The notes beneath the pieces were generated by a model, which saw only the letters and a list, made by a program, of their open reading frames with translations, did not search any database and had not been told where the DNA came from. A stretch of 13,127 bases of DNA from an uncultured Eubacteriales bacterium (GTDB lineage Bacteria > Bacillota > Clostridia > DSM-8532 > CAYYEC01): positions 1-13,127 of the forward strand of contig CAYYEC010000047.1 in assembly GCA_964470745.1 (NCBI GenBank), given 5' to 3'. Positions 5,657 through 12,531 of the stretch are shown piece after piece. Each line of letters begins with the position of its first letter. The first letter of the stretch is position 1. Made by a program: the position numbers and the translations under genes.

Positions 5657-7249
5657 ATGTACAAAATTTTTATAGTTGAAGATGAGATAGTAGTAAGGGA
5701 AGGCATAAGAGATAATATTGACTGGGAAAGCACTGATTTTATTATGGCGGGGGAAGCTCCTGATGGTGAAATGGCTTTACCTTTAATCCAGGAAATTAAG
5801 CCGGATATTCTCATAACTGATATAAAGATGCCTTTTATGGATGGTTTAGAATTGTGTCGTATTGTTAGAAAGAGCATGCCGTGGATAAAAATAGTGATAA
5901 TAAGTGGACATGATGAATTTAATTATGCTAAGGAAGCTATAAGTATAGGGGTTACAGAATATATGTTAAAGCCTGTAAGCTCCGTAGAATTGCTTAAACA
6001 GCTAAATAAAGTAGCTATAAAAATTGAAAATGAAAAAGAAGAAAAAGCAAATATAGAAAAAATAAAAAATCAGTTAAATAGTAACCGGGAATCAATAAAA
6101 GAAAAATTTCTAAATGAAGTATCCCTGGGTATAATTACCACTAAAGAAGCTCTGGAAAAGGCATCTTACTTTAATATAGATTTAGTTTCAAGATATTATC
6201 TTGTTGAAATAATTGAAATAGAAAAAAGTGAAAATATCAAATATTTTAATCAAGAAGAGTTATTAGAAATTGATATTATTATTTCTAATTATATTGAAAA
6301 AAATCCTGAAATAATCAGGTTTAAAAGAAACTTAGAAGAGTTTGTATTAATTATAAAGGGAGAATCTGAAAAAGATCTTGAGGAGATTTCTTATAGGACT
6401 GCCCAGTCTATAAAATATGAAGTTGAAAGAACTACAGAATGCATTCTTTCCATAGGGATTGGAAGTGTTCAAGAAAGAGTTCATGGAATAGCATATTCAT
6501 TTAAAGATGCGTCTACTGCTAACAGACAGAAAATATTGCTGGGAAAAGGGAAAATAATTGATATAAATGATATAAAGATAGATAAGGAAGAAAGTAGACT
6601 GCTTGATATAAGTAAAATAAGTATTACTGATTTTCTAAAAGTAGGCTCTAAGCAAAGTATCAATGGTTTTTTAGATGAATATATAAAATGCCTAAATACT
6701 ACTGGCCTAAAATCAATAATGTATATACATTATGCTTTTTTAAACATTGTATTAAATACTGTTAAATTTATTGAAAACCTGGAAGGTGATAATAAAAAAG
6801 TAATAGAAGAAATATCAAATTCAGAAAACACTTTATTGGGAATCGTTTCTATAAATCAATTCAAAGAGCAGGCTTTTAATATTTTATCGAAGGCTTTTGA
6901 CTATCGAGACAACATTGTGGAAAGTAAATATTTAAATGTAATTGCAATGGCAAAAAAATATATAAATGAAAACTATTCAGATTCTTCAATGTCATTAAAT
7001 TCTGTTGCAGCCTTTGTAAATATCAGTCCAAGTCATTTTAGTACCATATTCAGCCAGGAAACTGGAGAAACATTTATTGAATATTTGACGAAGACAAGAA
7101 TAAATAAAGCTATGGAATTATTAAAGACAACATCTCAAAAAACTTTTGAAATATCTTATGCTGTTGGATATAATGATCCTCATTATTTTAGTCATCTTTT
7201 TAAAAAAGTGACTGGAAGAACTCCAAGAGAGTTTAGGATAAATGAATAA
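5657..7249 (+). CDS. Response regulator, YesN (COG4753) type: CheY receiver plus AraC/XylS helix-turn-helix
   Basis: The ORF opens at GTG 5648. ATG 5657 sits 6-7 nt after AGGGTGA and gives the classic N-terminus MYKIFIVEDE. The receiver Asp is in PDILITDIKMPFMDG. The C-terminal AraC HTH reads MSLNSVAAFVNISPSHFSTIFSQETGETFIEYLTKTRINKAMELL...ISYAVGYNDPHYFSHLFKKVTGRTPREFR. Confidence 0.85.
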   Translation: MYKIFIVEDEIVVREGIRDNIDWESTDFIMAGEAPDGEMALPLIQEIKPDILITDIKMPFMDGLELCRIVRKSMPWIKIVIISGHDEFNYAKEAISIGVTEYMLKPVSSVELLKQLNKVAIKIENEKEEKANIEKIKNQLNSNRESIKEKFLNEVSLGIITTKEALEKASYFNIDLVSRYYLVEIIEIEKSENIKYFNQEELLEIDIIISNYIEKNPEIIRFKRNLEEFVLIIKGESEKDLEEISYRTAQSIKYEVERTTECILSIGIGSVQERVHGIAYSFKDASTANRQKILLGKGKIIDINDIKIDKEESRLLDISKISITDFLKVGSKQSINGFLDEYIKCLNTTGLKSIMYIHYAFLNIVLNTVKFIENLEGDNKKVIEEISNSENTLLGIVSINQFKEQAFNILSKAFDYRDNIVESKYLNVIAMAKKYINENYSDSSMSLNSVAAFVNISPSHFSTIFSQETGETFIEYLTKTRINKAMELLKTTSQKTFEISYAVGYNDPHYFSHLFKKVTGRTPREFRINE

Positions 7250-7562
7250 CTTATAAATTTTAATTTATTGATTATTATATATGAATGTTATTTTTCTTTG
7301 CTCAACATACAAAAAATCAAAAGAAAAAACAGCTAAATCAAAAAAAAATTAACTTAATTTTAAAAAAAACTAGAAGATTTAAAATCAAAAAAAATTTTTA
7401 AACTATTTTAAAATCTATATTCATTGTTTGAAAACTATATAAATTTTATAATTTATTTATCAGATGTAGAGATTGGGCAAGTAGGTTTACTGGATATTAT
7501 TAGCCTCGCTTACTTTTATCTATAAATGATTAATAAAAAATTTTTATTAGGAGGAAAAAATA
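7250..7562 (+). promoter_or_regulatory. 313-bp extremely AT-rich regulatory region upstream of the ABC transporter operon, with repeated TTAAAATC / AAATCA(8-9) motifs that are candidate response-regulator binding sites
   Basis: AAATCAAAAAAAA occurs at 7335-7347 and 7382-7394. TTTAAAATC occurs at 7378-7386 and 7407-7415. There are many A-tracts. A weak promoter candidate is TTGTTT (7424-7429), 17-bp spacer, TATAAT (7447-7452). The SD AGGAGG (7547-7552) lies 10 nt before ATG 7563. Confidence 0.4.
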
Positions 7563-8588
7563 ATGGGAATGAAAAAAATTATCAAAGCAGTTTCATTGAT
7601 GATGGTGTCAGCAATGATGGTGTCAATGGTAGCTTGCACTGGGGCAAGTAAAACAGCTCCAGCGACTTCTTCGGAAACAAAGGCTGAAACTAAAGCAGAC
7701 AAAAAAATAGTATTAGGATTTTCACAAATTGGGGCAGAAAGTGAATGGAGAACAGCTAATACTGAATCAATTAAGCAAGCAGCTGCTGATGCAGGTATAG
7801 AATTAAAATTTGCTGATGCACAAAATAAACAGGAAAACCAGATTAAAGCAATTAGATCATTTATTGCACAAAAAGTTGATGTTATAGCATTTTCACCGGT
7901 TGTTGAAACTGGCTTTGAAACAGTTCTAAAAGAAGCTAAAGCGGCTGGAATACCAGTTATACTTACAGATAGAGCAGTTGATGTAGATGATGATTCTTTA
8001 TATGTAACATTTATGGGATCTGACTTCGAAATAGAAGGAGAAAGAGCTGCTAACTGGCTAATAGAATATATGGATAAAAAAGGTAAAACAGGTGATATAA
8101 ACATAGTTGAACTTCAAGGTACTGTAGGTTCAGCTCCAGCAATTGACCGTAAAGACGGATTTGAAAAGATCCTTAAAGATCATCCAAATTATAAGATAAT
8201 CAAATCACAAACTGGTGACTTTACTCGTGCATTAGGTAAAGAAGTTATGGAAGCTTTCTTAAAATCAGATGGAGATAAAATTGACGTATTATTTGCACAC
8301 AATGATGATATGGCAATTGGCGCAATACAAGCAATCGAAGAATATGGTAAAAAACCAGGTGAAGATATTACAATCGTATCAATCGATGGTGTTAAAGGTG
8401 CGTTTGAAGCTATGATAGCTGGTAAATTAAATTGTACAGTAGAATGTAGTCCTCTTCTTGGACCACAATTGATGCAATCGGTTAAAGATTTAATGGCAGG
8501 TAATGAACTACCTAAGAGAATAGTAACTGAAGAAGGCGTATTTCCGGCAGAAGTTGCTGCTGAAGAATTCCCAAATAGAAAATATTAA
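7563..8588 (+). CDS. ABC transporter sugar-binding lipoprotein, YtfQ-like (galactofuranose/furanose-type); paralogue of the sensor at 3105-4106
   Basis: Signal peptide MGMKKIIKAVSLMMVSAMMVSMVAC with a lipobox (MVA|C), followed by a Ser/Thr/Lys-rich linker. The mature protein aligns colinearly with the sensor: GFSQIGAESEWRTA, QENQIKAIRSFIAQKVDVIAF, IPVILTDR, GTVGSAPAIDRKDGF, HNDDMAIGAIQAIEE and PGEDITIVSIDGVKGAFEAMIAGKLNCTVECSPLLGPQLM. Both end with PNRKY. Confidence 0.85.
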   Translation: MGMKKIIKAVSLMMVSAMMVSMVACTGASKTAPATSSETKAETKADKKIVLGFSQIGAESEWRTANTESIKQAAADAGIELKFADAQNKQENQIKAIRSFIAQKVDVIAFSPVVETGFETVLKEAKAAGIPVILTDRAVDVDDDSLYVTFMGSDFEIEGERAANWLIEYMDKKGKTGDINIVELQGTVGSAPAIDRKDGFEKILKDHPNYKIIKSQTGDFTRALGKEVMEAFLKSDGDKIDVLFAHNDDMAIGAIQAIEEYGKKPGEDITIVSIDGVKGAFEAMIAGKLNCTVECSPLLGPQLMQSVKDLMAGNELPKRIVTEEGVFPAEVAAEEFPNRKY

Positions 8589-8615
8589 GATTTAGTTAAA
8601 ACAAGAATTTGTGAT

Positions 8616-8695
8616 AAAACCACTCCTATCCTATTGTACCTTGGGAAAAACAAGGATGATTAATTCATTTCTTGTAAGGAGTGGTTTTGTTTTTA
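8616..8695 (+). terminator. Intra-operon stem-loop plus U-tract between the binding-protein and ATPase genes; candidate attenuating terminator
   Basis: AAAACCACTCCT (8616-8627) pairs with AGGAGTGGTTTT (8677-8688) in a 12-bp stem. The loop contains an inner hairpin, CCTTG (8639-8643) with CAAGG (8651-8655). GTTTTT follows at 8689-8694. Confidence 0.45.
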
Positions 8696-8743
8696 AAAAT
8701 TATTATTTAAAATGGTGAGAAAATTAAGGAGGTGCATTTTAGA

Positions 8744-10255
8744 ATGTCAAGCAATCCAATTTTAAATATGGTAGGGATATACAAAGAGTTTCCAGGCGTA
8801 AAAGCACTTTCTAATGTGGATTTTAAATTAGGAACAGGTGAGATCCATGCACTTATGGGGGAAAATGGAGCAGGAAAGTCAACATTAATTAAATCACTTA
8901 CAGGTGTTTATAAAATAGAAAAAGGCGAAATTTTTCTAAATGGAAAAAAGGTTGAGATAGATTCGCCACATGAAGCTCAAATGTTAGGTATAAGTACAGT
9001 TTACCAGGAGGTAAACTTATGTCCGAATTTAACTGTAGCTGAAAACATTTTTATTGGTAGAGAGCCAATTAAGAGTTTTAAAATTGATTGGGATGAAATT
9101 AATAAAAGAGCAAAAACTATCCTTTCAAGACTGGATATTAATATAGATGTTACAATGACACTTGACAGCTATTCTATTGCTATACAGCAAATGGTTGCAA
9201 TTGCCAGGGCTCTTGAGATATCTGCAAAGGTGTTGATCTTGGATGAGCCTACTTCAAGCCTTGATACCAATGAGGTAAACAAGCTTTTTGAAGTTATGAG
9301 GAAATTAAGAGAAGATGGGTTGGGTATTATTTTTGTAACGCATTTTCTTGATCAGGTATACGAAGTGTGTGACAGAATAACTGTTCTGAGAAATGGTCAA
9401 CTGGTAGGAGAATATGAAATTGAATTTCTGCCAAGAATTGAATTAATATCTAAAATGATAGGAAAAGAATTTGATTCTTTTGAATCTATGAAGAAATCTG
9501 TAAGTACTATGGAAAAAGAGAATTCTGAAAACAGTTTTATAAGATTAAAAGGGCTGGGACAGAAGTCAACTATCAGTTCAGTAGATTTAAATATTAATAA
9601 AGGTGAAGTAATAGGTTTAGCAGGGTTATTAGGTTCTGGAAGAAGTGAAATTGCAAGGTTGATATTTGGAGTTGATAAGGCTGATTCCGGTGAAATCTAC
9701 ATAGAAGGTAAAAAGGTAACTATTACATCACCGGGAGAAGCTATGACTCATCAAATGGCTTTTTGTCCTGAAGATAGAAAAGTAGAAGGTATTATAGGAG
9801 ACTTAACCATAAGAGAAAATATTATTTTGGCTATACAATCCCAAAAAGGATGGTTTAGATATATTGGTAGAAAGGAACAGGAAGAGATAGCAAACAAGTA
9901 TATTAAGCTTCTAAATATAGTTACACCAAGTTGTGAACAGAAAATAGAGAACTTAAGCGGAGGTAATCAACAAAAGGTTATTCTTGCCAGATGGTTGGTG
10001 ACTGAACCAGAATTATTAATACTTGATGAACCAACCAGAGGTATAGATGTTGGTGCAAAGGCCGAAATTCAGAAGTTGGTACTTGAATTAGCTGAGGAAG
10101 GCATGTCTATAATGTTTATTTCCTCTGAGCTGGAAGAAACAGTAAGATGTTGCAACAGAGTAGTTGTGTTATGTGATAGAAAAATTGTTGGAGAACTTTC
10201 TTCAGAAGAAATAAGTGAAAATAAAATTATGCAAATTATCGCAAAGGAGGCATAG
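8744..10255 (+). CDS. Sugar ABC transporter ATP-binding protein with two tandem ABC domains (YtfR/RbsA/MglA-like)
   Basis: The ORF opens at GTG 8732, which lies inside the SD AAGGAGG (8726-8732). ATG 8744 (MSSNPILNMVGIYKEF) is the likely start. N-domain: Walker A GENGAGKST, signature LSGGNQQ-like motif, Walker B VLILDEPTSSLD. C-domain: GLLGSGRSE, LSGGNQQKVILARWL, LLILDEPTRGIDVGAK. Length is ~500 aa. Confidence 0.85.
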   Translation: MSSNPILNMVGIYKEFPGVKALSNVDFKLGTGEIHALMGENGAGKSTLIKSLTGVYKIEKGEIFLNGKKVEIDSPHEAQMLGISTVYQEVNLCPNLTVAENIFIGREPIKSFKIDWDEINKRAKTILSRLDINIDVTMTLDSYSIAIQQMVAIARALEISAKVLILDEPTSSLDTNEVNKLFEVMRKLREDGLGIIFVTHFLDQVYEVCDRITVLRNGQLVGEYEIEFLPRIELISKMIGKEFDSFESMKKSVSTMEKENSENSFIRLKGLGQKSTISSVDLNINKGEVIGLAGLLGSGRSEIARLIFGVDKADSGEIYIEGKKVTITSPGEAMTHQMAFCPEDRKVEGIIGDLTIRENIILAIQSQKGWFRYIGRKEQEEIANKYIKLLNIVTPSCEQKIENLSGGNQQKVILARWLVTEPELLILDEPTRGIDVGAKAEIQKLVLELAEEGMSIMFISSELEETVRCCNRVVVLCDRKIVGELSSEEISENKIMQIIAKEA

Positions 10256-10257
10256 GG

Positions 10258-11337
10258 ATGAAAAACTTATTAAATATGCTGAAGCGCTTTTCAAAATGGA
10301 GATTATTTGGTCCATTTATTACATTGGCTTTGGTTCTTATGTTTAATGTGATATTTACACCTGGGTTCTTTCATTTGGAGATCAAAGATGGGCATTTGTT
10401 TGGAAGTCTAATAGATATACTAAACCGTGGTTCGAGTACCATGATTATGGCTGTAGGATTAACATTTGTAGTGGCTACGGGAGGTATTGATATTTCAATA
10501 GGATCCATGATAGCTATAACAGGTGCTGTAGCAGCGACATTAATTGGTGGAGAACTGGTAATTGTTGATGGCGTTCAAGAGTATGTATCATTACTACCTA
10601 TGCCTATTGCTATATTAGCAGCTCTGGCTGTTGCTATTGCTCTTGGAATGTGGAATGGAACTCTTGTTGCCAGGATAGGAATTCAGCCTGTAGTCGCTAC
10701 ATTAATATTACTTACTGCCGGTAGAGGTATCGCACAATTATTAACTAAAGGACAAATAATTACTATATATTATAAACCATATCATTTTATTGGTACAGAA
10801 TACTTACTCGGATTACCATTCTCAATTTATATAGTAGTATTTATATTAATTCTCTCATTATTGACTGTTAAGAAGACAGCTCTTGGATTGTTTATTGAGT
10901 CAGCAGGATGTAATCCTGTTGCCAGCAAATTTGCAGGAATAAAAGTTAAGAAGATAATTTTTTGGTCATATGTTTTTTGTAGTTTTTGTGCAGGTATAGC
11001 TGGATTAATTATTAGCTCAAATGTTAAGAGTGCAGATGGGAACAATGCAGGTCTGTTTAAAGAAATGGATGTTATTCTAGCAGTAGCACTTGGAGGTAAT
11101 TCTCTAAATGGAGGAAGATTCTCTTTAGTGGGAAGTGTTATTGGAGCATTGATTGTTCAATCCATTGATACAACAATATATTCAGTAGGTATTCCTCCAC
11201 AAATAAGTAAAATTATTAAAGCTGTTGCTGTAATTATAATATGTTTGGCACAGTCTCAACCGTTTAATGATAAAATGTCAAAAGTTTTTAAAAAAAGAGG
11301 GGGTCTAAAATATGAAGAAAATGCAGTTAAATTATAA
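10258..11337 (+). CDS. Sugar ABC transporter permease, RbsC/YtfT-like (BPD_transp_2)
   Basis: ATG 10258 is 9 nt after AGGAGG and 2 nt after the ATPase stop. Multiple TM segments. The family motif TGGIDISIGSMIA is present. Confidence 0.85.
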   Translation: MKNLLNMLKRFSKWRLFGPFITLALVLMFNVIFTPGFFHLEIKDGHLFGSLIDILNRGSSTMIMAVGLTFVVATGGIDISIGSMIAITGAVAATLIGGELVIVDGVQEYVSLLPMPIAILAALAVAIALGMWNGTLVARIGIQPVVATLILLTAGRGIAQLLTKGQIITIYYKPYHFIGTEYLLGLPFSIYIVVFILILSLLTVKKTALGLFIESAGCNPVASKFAGIKVKKIIFWSYVFCSFCAGIAGLIISSNVKSADGNNAGLFKEMDVILAVALGGNSLNGGRFSLVGSVIGALIVQSIDTTIYSVGIPPQISKIIKAVAVIIICLAQSQPFNDKMSKVFKKRGGLKYEENAVKL

Positions 11338-12286
11338 GTATTTACCTCTGACGATAACAATTTTATTATTTGTTGTATTGTTTATGGCAGGTTCCTTAAA
11401 ATATACAGGTTTTTTCTCATTACAAGTTATAATGAATTTATTTATTGATAATGCTTTCCTTATAATAGCAGCTATAGGTATGACATTTGTTCTTTTAACA
11501 GGAGGAATCGATATTTCGGTTGGATCTGTAATTGCTTTAAGCTGTATGATAGCAGCCGATTTACTTGAAAATAAGCATATGAACCCGTATCTTGTTATGT
11601 TGATTGTATTACTTGTAGGTACAACAATTGGGTTTATTATGGGATATCTTATTCACTACTTTAAATTGCAGCCATTTATTGTTACTCTGGCTGGACTGTT
11701 CTTTGCACGTGGATTATGCTATATAATCAGTATAGGAAGTATAAGCATAAATGACCCTATATTTAAGAATATATCCCAGTTTAGAATACCATTGCCGGGA
11801 AACGCATTTGTATCAATTAGTGTTATTATTACGATAGCTATGATTATACTTGCAGTTTATTTAGCTCATTATACAAAATTCGGAAGAACAGTCTATGCAA
11901 TAGGTGGTAACGAGCAGTCAGCACTTCTTATGGGATTACCTGTTGCAAAAGTTAAAGTTTTGGTATATACCCTGAATGGTTTTTGTGCAGCATTATCAGG
12001 TCTCGTATTTTCCTTTTACATGCTTTCAGGCTATGGACTAACAGGTGTAGGTATGGAAATGGACGTAATTGCATCAGCAGTTATAGGTGGTACATTATTG
12101 ACAGGTGGAGTAGGATTTGTTATAGGTTCTGTATTTGGAGCATTAATACAAGGTATTATCCAAACAATAATTACCTTTCAGGGAACATTAAGCCCTTGGT
12201 GGACAAGGATAATTGTAGCATTGCTAATATGTGTATTTCTTTTATTGCAGAGAATGCTGCAATCTTTTAAGGTAAAAAAAGCATAG
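11312..12286 (+). CDS. Second sugar ABC transporter permease, YjfF-like (BPD_transp_2)
   Basis: ATG 11312 is 7 nt after AGAGGGGG, which is encoded by the KKRGG codons of the upstream gene. It overlaps the previous gene by 26 nt. The motif TGGIDISVGSVIA is present, with 8-9 predicted TM segments. Confidence 0.85.
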   Translation: MKKMQLNYKYLPLTITILLFVVLFMAGSLKYTGFFSLQVIMNLFIDNAFLIIAAIGMTFVLLTGGIDISVGSVIALSCMIAADLLENKHMNPYLVMLIVLLVGTTIGFIMGYLIHYFKLQPFIVTLAGLFFARGLCYIISIGSISINDPIFKNISQFRIPLPGNAFVSISVIITIAMIILAVYLAHYTKFGRTVYAIGGNEQSALLMGLPVAKVKVLVYTLNGFCAALSGLVFSFYMLSGYGLTGVGMEMDVIASAVIGGTLLTGGVGFVIGSVFGALIQGIIQTIITFQGTLSPWWTRIIVALLICVFLLLQRMLQSFKVKKA

Positions 12287-12322
12287 TACTTTTGAATATT
12301 ATTTTTGATCAGACAGATATAA

Positions 12323-12352
12323 TTGATTTTAATACGGATTTAAGGGTATAAT
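12323..12352 (+). promoter_or_regulatory. Weak candidate promoter downstream of the ABC transporter operon
   Basis: TTGATT (12323-12328), 18-bp spacer, TATAAT (12347-12352). No clear intrinsic terminator follows the permease stop. Confidence 0.2.
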
Positions 12353-12435
12353 TTAGTAGTTATTATATTAAACGTACAAATGATTCTACATCAAATTAAT
12401 ATTGATATTTGTTCGTTTAATGAGTTTTATAGGTG

Positions 12436-12486
12436 TAGATTTCGCGTAAGTTAAATTAAAATGCAGAATCATTTATGCGAAATCTA
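12436..12486. promoter_or_regulatory. Imperfect 14-bp inverted repeat upstream of the alcohol dehydrogenase gene (candidate operator or leader hairpin)
   Basis: TAGATTTCGCGTAA (12436-12449) and TTATGCGAAATCTA (12473-12486) are complementary except for one G/T position, with a 23-nt spacer. The right arm overlaps a TATAAT at 12485-12490. Confidence 0.3.
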
Positions 12487-12531
12487 TAATATAAATTTTA
12501 ATAACTGACATATAATATCGGAGGTTTGATT

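Noticed and set aside
5620-6663. Minus-strand ORFs 5620-5877 and 6481-6663
   Set aside because: They are antisense to the kinase/regulator junction and the regulator body, with no ribosome-binding sites and no recognisable domains.
7281-7352. 23-codon lysine-rich mini-ORF (MNVIFLCSTYKKSKEKTAKSKKN) in the transporter promoter region
   Set aside because: It has no SD, and the lysine richness is a by-product of A-tracts. It is more likely regulatory DNA than a leader peptide.
7547-8104. 185-aa minus-strand ORF opposite the transporter binding-protein gene
   Set aside because: This is a shadow ORF. The + strand encodes a binding protein that aligns residue-by-residue with the paralogue at 3105-4106. 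The minus frame is Ser/Ala/Leu-rich with no motif.
10827-12270. ORFs 10827-11045 (-) and 11983-12270 (+, alternative frame)
   Set aside because: They lie inside the two permease genes. The + one is an out-of-frame overlap rich in Cys/Arg/Trp, a GC-skew artefact.
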